From a virus (lineage: Duplodnaviria; Heunggongvirae; Uroviricota; Caudoviricetes), in IMG/VR virus record IMGVR_UViG_2778261465_000005, positions 1 through 14,613 of that record: DNA of 14,613 nt; one strand, given 5' to 3'. Below, piece by piece: positions 7,633 to 14,613 of the stretch. The translations under genes were made by a program, and so were the position numbers. Under the pieces are notes generated by a model. It made no database searches. It was given only the letters and a program-made list of their open reading frames with translations, and was not told the origin of the DNA. Within the stretch, counting starts at the first letter, position 1; each line of letters begins with the position of its first letter.

Positions 7633-7660
7633 CCCGGCCACCGTGCCGGGTTTTCTTTTG
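7633..7660 (+). terminator. Intrinsic terminator closing the cI + cargo operon
   Basis: GC stem CCCGGC-(caccgt)-GCCGGG followed by TTTTCTTTT, starting 5 nt after the stop at 7626-7628. Confidence 0.65.
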
Positions 7661-7771
7661 TCCCCTCATCACACAAACCGTTCAAATAACCACCACGACA
7701 TCCCTTCAGTTATCGCTATGCGATGCAAGTCACAAAATAAATCCATCCTAAATACAACCAGTTATATCTAA

Positions 7772-7850
7772 AACAACCAGTAAAACAACTTTTGTTGTTG
7801 ACGATAAAACAACTATAGTTTTAAATAAATTCATCGCAACAACACAACGA
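7772..7850. promoter_or_regulatory. OL/pL-like candidate: repeated AACAAC/GTTGTT operator-like motifs including the palindrome AACAAC-tttt-GTTGTT (7784..7799) and a sigma70-like promoter (TTGACG 7798-7803, 18-nt spacer, TAAATA 7822-7827)
   Basis: Motifs read directly from the sequence; position upstream of the leftward early operon and sharing the repeat motif with OR supports an operator role. Confidence 0.35.
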
Positions 7851-8103
7851 TACGGCAACCACCTGATTCACCGTTGCGATGACCGCTTAGATCCGCAGCT
7901 TGAATTTCAGCAGGCTCCGGGGAGTGCGAGGGGTGAAGCGGACGCGTGAACGTCGGTGTGACCAGCTGAAATCAACTCAACACTTCATACCTCAGTCGCT
8001 TCAACGAGGCGGCTTAGTTATGACAACCGGCGGCCATCCACCGCCTGAATACGCGCAGAAGTCTATATATGTTCAGCAGCCCAGCTTACGGGCAGGAGTT
8101 TTT

Positions 8104-8310
8104 ATGGTTCATCAACATTACGGAACGCAGACCGTTAATCGCGGTGCGGTCATGCCAGGAATGCTGGTCAAACACAAAGATGGTACCTGGACTGCATCAG
8201 CTAATTTACGCGGACGGCTATATCTGCATCGCGGCATCGAGCGCACTTATACCCGTGATTTGCTCGTGGAAGTTTTTCTCGACGGACGCGGCAACGGCCT
8301 GAATCACTAA
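8104..8310 (+). CDS. Small protein (68 aa) at the kil position upstream of gam; possibly a Kil-type host division inhibitor
   Basis: ATG at 8104 with AGGAG about 7 nt upstream; the track ORF from 7900 uses a TTG start and is probably over-extended. Functional call is positional only. Confidence 0.4.
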   Translation: MVHQHYGTQTVNRGAVMPGMLVKHKDGTWTASANLRGRLYLHRGIERTYTRDLLVEVFLDGRGNGLNH

Positions 8311-8385
8311 TCCCCTTTCCTGTTTTCCTAATCAGCCTGGCATTTCGCGGGCGATATTTTCACAGCCATTTTCAGGAGGTCAGCC

Positions 8386-8682
8386 ATGAACGCTTATTAC
8401 ATTCAGGATCGTCTTGAGGCTCAGAGCTGGGCGCGTCACTACCAGCAGATCGCCCGTGAAGAGAAAGAGGCAGAACTGGCAGACGACATGGAAAAAGGCC
8501 TGCCCCAGCACCTGTTTGAATCGCTATGCATCGATCATTTGCAACGCCACGGGGCCAGCAAAAAAGCCATTACCCGTGCGTTTGATGACGATGTTGAGTT
8601 TCAGGAGCGCATGGCAGAACACATCCGGTACATGGTTGAAACCATTGCTCACCATCAGGTTGATATTGATTCAGAGGTATAA
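8386..8682 (+). CDS. gam: Gam (RecBCD inhibitor), short GamS form only (98 aa)
   Basis: [21 protein letters not shown]...[10 protein letters not shown] matches my recollection of lambda Gam from its internal Met; AGGAGG Shine-Dalgarno; in-frame stop at 8329 prevents a longer GamL form. Confidence 0.9.
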   Translation: MNAYYIQDRLEAQSWARHYQQIAREEKEAELADDMEKGLPQHLFESLCIDHLQRHGASKKAITRAFDDDVEFQERMAEHIRYMVETIAHHQVDIDSEV

Positions 8683-8687
8683 AACGG

Positions 8688-9473
8688 ATGAGTACAGCAC
8701 TCGCAACGCTGGCTGGGAAGCTGGCTGAACGTGTCGGCATGGATTCTGTCGACCCACAGGAACTGATCACCACTCTTCGCCAGACGGCATTTAAAGGTGA
8801 TGCCAGCGATGCGCAGTTCATCGCATTACTGATCGTTGCCAACCAGTACGGCCTTAATCCATGGACGAAAGAAATTTACGCCTTTCCTGATAAGCAGAAT
8901 GGCATCGTTCCGGTGGTGGGCGTTGATGGCTGGTCCCGCATCATCAATGAAAACCAGCAGTTTGATGGCATGGACTTTGAGCAGGACAATGAATCCTGTA
9001 CATGCCGGATTTACCGCAAGGACCGCAATCATCCGATCTGCGTTACCGAGTGGATGGATGAATGCCGCCGCGAACCATTCAAAACCCGCGAAGGCAGAGA
9101 AATTACGGGGCCGTGGCAGTCGCATCCCAAACGGATGTTACGGCATAAAGCCATGATTCAGTGTGCCCGTCTGGCCTTCGGATTTGCGGGTATCTATGAC
9201 AAGGATGAAGCCGAGCGCATTGTCGAAAATACCGCATACACTGCAGAACGTCAGCCGGAACGCGACATCACTCCGGTTAACGATGAAACCATGCAGGAGA
9301 TTAACACTCTGCTGATTGCCCTGGACAAAACATGGGATGACGACTTATTGCCGCTCTGTTCCCAGATATTTCGCCGCGACATTCGCGCATCGTCAGAACT
9401 GACACAGGCCGAAGCAGTGAAAGCTCTTGGATTCCTGAAACAGAAAGCCTCTGAACAGAAGGTGGCTGCATGA
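8688..9473 (+). CDS. bet: Bet (Red-beta single-strand annealing recombinase)
   Basis: 261-aa product [38 protein letters not shown]... matches my recollection of lambda Bet. Confidence 0.92.
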   Translation: MSTALATLAGKLAERVGMDSVDPQELITTLRQTAFKGDASDAQFIALLIVANQYGLNPWTKEIYAFPDKQNGIVPVVGVDGWSRIINENQQFDGMDFEQDNESCTCRIYRKDRNHPICVTEWMDECRREPFKTREGREITGPWQSHPKRMLRHKAMIQCARLAFGFAGIYDKDEAERIVENTAYTAERQPERDITPVNDETMQEINTLLIALDKTWDDDLLPLCSQIFRRDIRASSELTQAEAVKALGFLKQKASEQKVAA

Positions 9474-10150
9474 CACCGGACATTATCCTGCAGCGTACCG
9501 GGATCGACGTGAGAGCTGTCGAACAGGGGGATGATGCGTGGCACAAATTACGGCTCGGCGTCATCACCGCTTCAGAAGTTCACAACGTGATAGCAAAGCC
9601 CCGCTCAGGAAAGAAGTGGTCTGACATGAAAATGTCCTACTTCCACACCCTGCTGGCTGAGGTTTGCACCGGTGTGGCTCCGGAAGTTAATGCTAAAGCG
9701 CTGGCCTGGGGAAAACAGTACGAGAACGACGCCAGAACCCTGTTTGAGTTCACTTCCGGCGTAAATGTTATTGAATCCCCGATCATCTATCGCGACGAAA
9801 GTATGCGCACCGCCTGCTCTCCCGATGGTTTATGCAGTGACGGCAATGGCCTTGAGCTGAAATGCCCGTTTACCTCCCGGGATTTCATGAAGTTCCGGCT
9901 CGGTGGTTTCGAGGCCATAAAGTCGGCTTACATGGCCCAGGTGCAGTACAGCATGTGGGTGACGCGAAAAGATGCCTGGTACTTTGCCAACTATGACCCG
10001 CGTATGAAGCGTGAAGGCCTGCATTATGTCGTGGTTGAGCGGGATGAAAAGTACATGGCGAGTTTTGACGAGATGGTGCCGGAGTTCATCGAAAAAATGG
10101 ACGAGGCACTGGCTGAAATTGGTTTTGCATTTGGGGAGCAATGGCGATGA
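9470..10150 (+). CDS. exo: Exo (Red-alpha 5'-3' exonuclease)
   Basis: 226-aa product [40 protein letters not shown]... matches my recollection of lambda Exo; overlaps the bet stop. Confidence 0.92.
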   Translation: MTPDIILQRTGIDVRAVEQGDDAWHKLRLGVITASEVHNVIAKPRSGKKWSDMKMSYFHTLLAEVCTGVAPEVNAKALAWGKQYENDARTLFEFTSGVNVIESPIIYRDESMRTACSPDGLCSDGNGLELKCPFTSRDFMKFRLGGFEAIKSAYMAQVQYSMWVTRKDAWYFANYDPRMKREGLHYVVVERDEKYMASFDEMVPEFIEKMDEALAEIGFAFGEQWR

Positions 10151-10308
10151 AGCATCCTCACGATAATATCCGGGTAGGCACGATCACTTTCGTCTACTCC
10201 GTTACAAAGCGAGGCTGGGTATTTCCCGGCCTTTCTGTTATCCGAAATCCCCTGAAAGCACAGCGGCTGGCTGAGGAGATAAATAATAAACGGGGGCTGT
10301 ATGACTGA
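10147..10308 (+). CDS. Small hypothetical protein (53 aa), translationally coupled between exo and the methyltransferase
   Basis: ATG overlaps the exo stop (ATGA) and its TGA falls just inside the methyltransferase start; [53 protein letters not shown]. Below the ORF-track length cutoff. Confidence 0.4.
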   Translation: MKHPHDNIRVGTITFVYSVTKRGWVFPGLSVIRNPLKAQRLAEEINNKRGLYD

Positions 10309-10858
10309 TTTCACCGGAAGCAATACTCCTGCCGAACATCGCGACAGCTGGCGCACACCACCAGAGATTTTTGCTGCGCTTAATGCAGAGTTCGTTTTTC
10401 AACTTGATGCTGCCGCCAGCGAAAAAAACCGACTATGTCGGCTTTTTATCTCACAGGAGCAGAACACATTAACCACTTCATGGCCTGAAGCAATGGGATA
10501 TGCCTCTGGTTATGTCTGGTTGAATCCACCATACAGCAATATTTCCCCTTTTGTGAAAAAGGCAGCCACTGAAAACAAATTCAGTAGTGTGGGATGTGTA
10601 ATGTTATTGCCTGCTGACACATCTGTCGGATGGTTTCATGAAGCGATACAAACCGCCAGTGAGGTCAGATTCATCACGGCAGGACGACTGGCATTTATTA
10701 ACCCACTCACTGAGAAACCCGTCAGTGGAAATAATAAAGGCTCGATGCTCATTATCTGGCACCCATACCCCCGTACACACTGCCACTTTACGACCGTTGA
10801 TCGTGGAGAGTTGATGGCGTTCGGCTCAAGGATTCTTGCCCGTCGGGAGGCTGCATGA
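10301..10858 (+). CDS. Phage DNA N6-adenine methyltransferase (Dam-like orphan MTase)
   Basis: 185-aa product with the NPPY catalytic motif (VWLNPPYSNI), typical of amino-methyltransferases; size fits the phage N6-adenine MTase family. Confidence 0.75.
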   Translation: MTDFTGSNTPAEHRDSWRTPPEIFAALNAEFVFQLDAAASEKNRLCRLFISQEQNTLTTSWPEAMGYASGYVWLNPPYSNISPFVKKAATENKFSSVGCVMLLPADTSVGWFHEAIQTASEVRFITAGRLAFINPLTEKPVSGNNKGSMLIIWHPYPRTHCHFTTVDRGELMAFGSRILARREAA

Positions 10859-10938
10859 CAACCACGGAATGCATTTTTCTGGCAGCGGGCTTCATATTCT
10901 GTGTGCTTATGCTTGCCGACATGGGACTTGTTCAATGA
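10855..10938 (+). CDS. Possible 27-aa hydrophobic micro-protein (MTTTECIFLAAGFIFCVLMLADMGLVQ)
   Basis: ATGA overlaps at both ends (with the MTase stop and with the next ORF's ATG at 10935); a single hydrophobic helix. Could be a chance ORF. Confidence 0.25.
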   Translation: MTTTECIFLAAGFIFCVLMLADMGLVQ

Positions 10939-11150
10939 CACCTCAGCAGGAAAACGCCCTTCGCAGCATTGCCCGTCAGGCTAATTCTGAAATCAAAAAA
11001 GCCAGACAGCAGTTTCCGGATAAAAACGTCGATGACATTTGCCGTAGCGTACTAAAGAAGCACCGCGAAACGGTAACGCTGATGGGATTCACACCGACTC
11101 ATTTAAGCCTGGCGATCGGCATGTTAAACGGCGTCTTTAAGGAACGGTGA
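10935..11150 (+). CDS. Hypothetical protein (71 aa from the ATG at 10935; the track ORF from 10836 uses a TTG start)
   Basis: ORF in the leftward early operon; no family recognised. Confidence 0.45.
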   Translation: MTPQQENALRSIARQANSEIKKARQQFPDKNVDDICRSVLKKHRETVTLMGFTPTHLSLAIGMLNGVFKER

Positions 11151-11173
11151 ACATGAAAAGCAAAATCATCAGG

Positions 11174-11198
11174 GAGCTACAGGCTCCTTTTTTATTGT
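11174..11198 (+). terminator. Weak intrinsic-terminator-like hairpin (GGAGC-tacag-GCTCC followed by TTTTTT)
   Basis: Seen directly; short stem, so possibly an attenuator rather than a full stop; it sits inside a possible 29-aa ORF (11153..11242). Confidence 0.3.
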
Positions 11199-11248
11199 TC
11201 GCATTCATCCTCAAGCGTATTAACCAACAATTCAGGGATTAATGGAAG

Positions 11249-11467
11249 ATGGCAGACATCATTGATTCAGCATCAGAAATCGAAGAATTACAGCGCAATA
11301 CAGCAATAAAAATGCGTCGTCTGAACTACCAGACTGTATCCGCAACTCATTGTTGTGAGTGTGGCGATCCGATAGATGAGCGAAGACGCCTGGCTGTTCA
11401 GGGTTGTCGGACTTGTGCAAGTTGCCAGGAGGAGATCGAACTTAAGAACAAACAATGGGGACTGTGA
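11249..11467 (+). CDS. TraR/DksA-family C4 zinc-finger protein (72 aa)
   Basis: CxxC...CxxC pattern (CCECGDPIDERRRLAVQGCRTCASC) and size typical of phage TraR-like proteins. Confidence 0.65.
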   Translation: MADIIDSASEIEELQRNTAIKMRRLNYQTVSATHCCECGDPIDERRRLAVQGCRTCASCQEEIELKNKQWGL

Positions 11468-11514
11468 TGGCCTCAAAGCAGCAAATTTCAACATCGTCCA
11501 ACTGAGGTGTAAAA

Positions 11515-11793
11515 ATGTTCAGAATCATTTTTCCTAACACCTGGTACGTCGACCACCACGGCACTCCCTGCAAAATCCTGCGTTCTACCCACAACAAAGT
11601 TCACTACATCCGAAAAGGCAGAACATGTATCGCCAGCATGTTCCGCTTTAATCATGACTTTGAACCTGTGAATAAAGCTGATGCAGATCGGATAGCAGAA
11701 GAGATCGAAACGGCAGAACACATTAAGAAGTTACGTGACATGCGTTCAAAAAGCAGAGGTAACCATGGAATCATACAGCCTCACACTCGATGA
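11515..11793 (+). CDS. Hypothetical protein (92 aa) upstream of xis
   Basis: GAGGTG Shine-Dalgarno; 3' end overlaps the xis start; no family recognised. Confidence 0.4.
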   Translation: MFRIIFPNTWYVDHHGTPCKILRSTHNKVHYIRKGRTCIASMFRFNHDFEPVNKADADRIAEEIETAEHIKKLRDMRSKSRGNHGIIQPHTR

Positions 11794-12115
11794 GGCCTGT
11801 CAGTTTCTTAAGATATCCAGACCAACCGCCACCAACTGGATACGAACAGGCCGCCTACAGGCAACACGCAAAGACCCCACTAAACCAAAATCTCCTTACC
11901 TCACAACGCGACAAGCCTGCATTGCGGCGCTTCAGTCTCCGCTGCATACTATCAAGGTGAGCGCGGGTGATGGCATAACAGAGGAAAGAAAATGTCACTC
12001 TTCCGCAGAAGTGAAATATGGTACGCCAGTTTCACATTGCCGAACGGTAAAAGATTTAAACAGTCTCTTGGAACAAAGGACAAAAGGCAGGCGACAGAGC
12101 TCCATGACAAGCTAA
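11765..12115 (+). CDS. xis: Excisionase (P22-type Xis, 116 aa)
   Basis: [38 protein letters not shown]... has an HTH and matches my recollection of P22 Xis; directly upstream of and overlapping int. Confidence 0.75.
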   Translation: MESYSLTLDEACQFLKISRPTATNWIRTGRLQATRKDPTKPKSPYLTTRQACIAALQSPLHTIKVSAGDGITEERKCHSSAEVKYGTPVSHCRTVKDLNSLLEQRTKGRRQSSMTS

Positions 12116-13155
12116 AGGCTGAAGCATGGCGGGTCAGCAAACTTGGTGAAATACCTGATATGACGTTTGAGGAAGCGTGTGTCAGGTGGCTCGAAGAGAA
12201 AGCACATAAGAAATCACTGGACGATGACAAAAGCCGGATCGGATTCTGGCTTCAACATTTCGCAGGAATGCAACTAAGAGACATTACTGAATCAAAAATT
12301 TATTCAGCAATGCAGAAAATGACGAACCGGCGTCATGAGGAAAACTGGAAACTCAGGGCAGAAGCATGCAGAAAAAAAGGGAAACCTGTTCCAGAATACA
12401 CGCCAAAACCAGCGTCCGTTGCAACGAAGGCTACGCATCTTTCATTTATAAAGGCCCTGCTAAGAGCCGCAGAGCGTGAATGGAAAATGCTCGATAAGGC
12501 ACCAATTATTAAAGTGCCTCAACCAAAGAATAAACGGATCCGCTGGCTGGAGCCCCATGAAGCACAAAGGCTGATTGATGAATGTCCGGAGCCATTAAAG
12601 TCTGTTGTTGAATTTGCACTGGCAACAGGCTTAAGACGCTCGAACATCATCAACCTTGAATGGCAACAAATAGATATGCAGCGCCGGGTGGCATGGATAA
12701 ACCCGGAAGAGAGTAAATCAAACCGCGCAATTGGCGTTGCGCTGAATGATACTGCATGTCGCGTATTGAAAAAACAAATCGGTAATCATCACTGTTGGGT
12801 ATTTGTGTACAAGGAAAGCTGTACCAAACCAGACGGAACGAAAGCGCCAACAGTAAGGAAGATGCGGTATGACGCAAACACAGCCTGGAAAGCGGCTCTG
12901 AGACGGGCTGGTATTGATGATTTCAGATTTCACGACTTGAGACACACCTGGGCAAGTTGGCTGGTTCAAGCCGGAGTCCCGTTGTCAGTGTTACAGGAAA
13001 TGGGAGGCTGGGAGTCTATCGAAATGGTTCGTCGATATGCTCACCTTGCACCTAATCACCTTACCGAACACGCACGGCAAATAGACTCGATCCTGAACCC
13101 ATCGGTCCCAAATTTGTCCCAGTCAAAAAATAAGGAAGGTACTAATGATGTGTAA
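11992..13155 (+). CDS. int: Tyrosine integrase (P22-type Int, thrW-specific)
   Basis: 387 aa; catalytic motifs [11 protein letters not shown] and [15 protein letters not shown]; the N-terminus [40 protein letters not shown] resembles P22 Int as I recall it; sits next to thrW, the known P22 attachment site. Confidence 0.9.
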   Translation: MSLFRRSEIWYASFTLPNGKRFKQSLGTKDKRQATELHDKLKAEAWRVSKLGEIPDMTFEEACVRWLEEKAHKKSLDDDKSRIGFWLQHFAGMQLRDITESKIYSAMQKMTNRRHEENWKLRAEACRKKGKPVPEYTPKPASVATKATHLSFIKALLRAAEREWKMLDKAPIIKVPQPKNKRIRWLEPHEAQRLIDECPEPLKSVVEFALATGLRRSNIINLEWQQIDMQRRVAWINPEESKSNRAIGVALNDTACRVLKKQIGNHHCWVFVYKESCTKPDGTKAPTVRKMRYDANTAWKAALRRAGIDDFRFHDLRHTWASWLVQAGVPLSVLQEMGGWESIEMVRRYAHLAPNHLTEHARQIDSILNPSVPNLSQSKNKEGTNDV

Positions 13156-13169
13156 CTTATTGATTTAAA

Positions 13170-13215
13170 TGGTGCCGATAATAGGAGTCGAACCTACGAC
13201 CTTCGCATTACGAAT
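13170..13215. other. Inferred attR (prophage-host junction) overlapping the 3' part of thrW
   Basis: Integrase is adjacent to the tRNA 3' end; phages integrating in tRNA genes regenerate the 3' end from attP. Exact core limits cannot be set without the attL copy. Confidence 0.4.
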
Positions 13216-13245
13216 GCGCTGCTCTACCAACTGAGCTATATCGGC
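13170..13245 (-). tRNA. thrW: tRNA-Thr (anticodon CGU)
   Basis: Reverse complement reads GCCGATATAGCTCAGTTGGTAGAGCAGCGCATTCGTAATGCGAAGGTCGTAGGTTCGACTCCTATTATCGGCACCA: cloverleaf with anticodon CGT and encoded CCA. Confidence 0.9.
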
Positions 13246-13359
13246 CCTGAAAGGACATGTTCACGAACGTGAATCACGGTGGACAAGGTTAAAACTAACC
13301 GGGCGATGCGTCAATGGCCTTGTGAATCAAATGGCTACTTTTGCATCACCCGGTTTTAT

Positions 13360-14613
13360 TTACGCACGAATGGTGTAATCACCAATGCCGATCCACTTGT
13401 AAGTGGTCAGTGCTTCCAGCCCCATTGGGCCACGCGCGTGGAGTTTTTGTGTGCTTACCGCCACTTCCGCACCCAGTCCAAACTGGCCGCCGTCGGTAAA
13501 ACGCGTAGAGGCGTTAACATAAACAGCGGACGAATCCACTTCGTTAACAAAACGCTGGGCGTTGCGCATATCGCGGGTCAGGATCGCATCGGAGTGTTGT
13601 GTGCCGTGTTCACGAATATGGGCGATGGCATCGTCAAGATCGCTGACGATTTTGACGTTCAAATCTAATGACAGAAACTCATCGTCATACTCTTCGGCTT
13701 TAACAGCAACCACCTTCGCAGGGCCTGCCTGCAACTGCGCCAGTGCAGCTGCATCAGCGTGTAACGTCACGCCACTTTCCGCCATTTGTTTGCTTAATGC
13801 GGGCAGGAAGCTATCGGCGATATTTTTATTCACCAGCAACGTTTCTACCGTATTACACGTGCTCGGACGCTGAGTTTTCGCGTTGACGATTACTTTCAGG
13901 GCTTCAGCGATCTCTGCACTTTCATCAACATAAATATGGCATACGCCTATACCACCAGTGATCACCGGGATTGTCGACTGCTCGCGGCACAGTTTATGCA
14001 AACCAGCTCCACCACGCGGGATCAGCATGTCGATGTATTTATCCATACGCAGCATTTCACTGACCAGCGCACGGTCAGGATTATCAATCGCCTGCACGGC
14101 ACCCGCCGGTAAGCCACAGGATTTCAGGGCGTCCTGAATCACCGCCACCGTTGCCGCGTTAGTGCGACAGGTTTCTTTGCCACCACGCAGGATCACCGCA
14201 TTACCGGTTTTCAGGCACAGCGAAGCGACATCAACCGTCACGTTCGGGCGCGCTTCATAAATCACGCCAATAACCCCCAGCGGTACGCGACGACGCTCAA
14301 GACGCAGGCCGCTGTCCAGTACGCCGCCATCGATTACCTGCCCCACCGGATCGGCGAGGTTGCACACCTGACGTACATCGTCGGCAATGCCTTTCAGCCG
14401 TGCGGGCGTCAGTGCCAGACGGTCAAGCATCGCTTCGCTAAGGCCATTGGCTCGCGCGTCAGCAACATCCTGGGCGTTAGCGTTGAGGATGATTTCGCTT
14501 TGTGCTTCCAGTTCATCGGCGATTTTTTCCAGCACGCGATTTTTTTCGCGGCTGGAGAGTTGCGCTAATTTATACGAGGCTTGCTTCGCGGCAATGCCCA
14601 TTTGTTCCAGCAT
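13360..14613 (-). CDS. proA: Gamma-glutamyl phosphate reductase (host gene, complete, 417 aa)
   Basis: Product [50 protein letters not shown]... matches E. coli ProA as I recall it; the start codon is the last three bases of the window. Confidence 0.95.
   Translation of the reverse strand: MLEQMGIAAKQASYKLAQLSSREKNRVLEKIADELEAQSEIILNANAQDVADARANGLSEAMLDRLALTPARLKGIADDVRQVCNLADPVGQVIDGGVLDSGLRLERRRVPLGVIGVIYEARPNVTVDVASLCLKTGNAVILRGGKETCRTNAATVAVIQDALKSCGLPAGAVQAIDNPDRALVSEMLRMDKYIDMLIPRGGAGLHKLCREQSTIPVITGGIGVCHIYVDESAEIAEALKVIVNAKTQRPSTCNTVETLLVNKNIADSFLPALSKQMAESGVTLHADAAALAQLQAGPAKVVAVKAEEYDDEFLSLDLNVKIVSDLDDAIAHIREHGTQHSDAILTRDMRNAQRFVNEVDSSAVYVNASTRFTDGGQFGLGAEVAVSTQKLHARGPMGLEALTTYKWIGIGDYTIRA

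Larger units (their letters stand above)
1..13245. mobile_element. Lambdoid prophage, right portion (mosaic: lambda-like Red and P, P22-like int/xis), integrated at thrW; left end lies beyond the window
   Basis: Contiguous phage gene set (P, O, cro-like, cI-like, gam, bet, exo, xis, int) ending with a tyrosine integrase directly beside the 3' end of a tRNA-Thr gene; host proA follows immediately. Confidence 0.85.

Noticed and set aside
7900-8103. TTG-initiated 5' extension of the kil-position ORF, and the alternative-frame ORF 8069..8302
   Set aside because: The extension needs a TTG start with no Shine-Dalgarno, whereas the ATG at 8104 has AGGAG upstream; the other-frame ORF overlaps it and has no start signal.
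8414-10356. Numerous overlapping ORFs on both strands across gam/bet/exo (e.g. 8414..8728, 8570..8842, 8826..9125, 8836..9156, 9251..9544, 9301..9567, 9830..10141, 10024..10356)
   Set aside because: They lie within or antisense to Gam, Bet and Exo, which are recognised with high confidence.
10604-10941. Minus-strand ORFs 10604..10786 and 10636..10941
   Set aside because: Antisense to the methyltransferase and coupled small ORFs; no independent support.
11288-12230. Minus-strand ORFs 11288..11494, 11488..11721 and 11952..12230
   Set aside because: Antisense to the TraR-like, hypothetical, xis and int genes of the co-directional early operon.
12650-12969. Minus-strand ORFs within int
   Set aside because: Embedded antisense to the integrase CDS, which has clear catalytic motifs.
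13260-13278. Overlapping palindromes TTCACGAACGTGAA / CGTGAATCACG between thrW and proA
   Set aside because: Probably part of the native thrW promoter or proA 3' region; I cannot distinguish it from chance or match it to a known regulator site without comparison to reference strains.
13279-13873. Plus-strand ORFs 13279..13668 and 13562..13873
   Set aside because: Antisense to proA, a recognised complete host gene.
1-14613. CRISPR arrays, insertion sequences, rRNA
   Set aside because: No short direct repeats with regular spacers, no transposase-like ORFs or terminal inverted repeats, and no rRNA-like sequence were seen; the only regularly spaced repeats are the ori iterons.

Overview
This window is the immunity/early-left arm and right end of a mosaic lambdoid prophage integrated at the 3' end of tRNA-Thr (thrW), followed by host proA (complete, minus strand). 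Reading left to right: an AT-rich foreign island (1..~2715) carrying a hypothetical gene, a long non-coding stretch and a two-gene cassette (168-aa soluble protein + 261-aa 2-TM coiled-coil protein) that has replaced most of ren; the rightward early operon on the minus strand (P, a hybrid O with internal ori iterons, YdaT-like, Cro-like); a divergent LexA-type cI-like repressor co-oriented with a second AT-rich two-gene cassette (357-aa and 125-aa proteins) in the slot lambda uses for rexAB, closed by an intrinsic terminator; then a leftward early operon (kil-position small gene, GamS-form gam, bet, exo, Dam-like methyltransferase, small ORFs, TraR-like zinc finger, P22-type xis and int) ending at thrW. 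The two AT-rich cassettes are the main candidates for undescribed lysogen-protective (anti-phage/abortive-infection) systems. All identifications are from reading the sequence and from memory of protein families; no database search was run.
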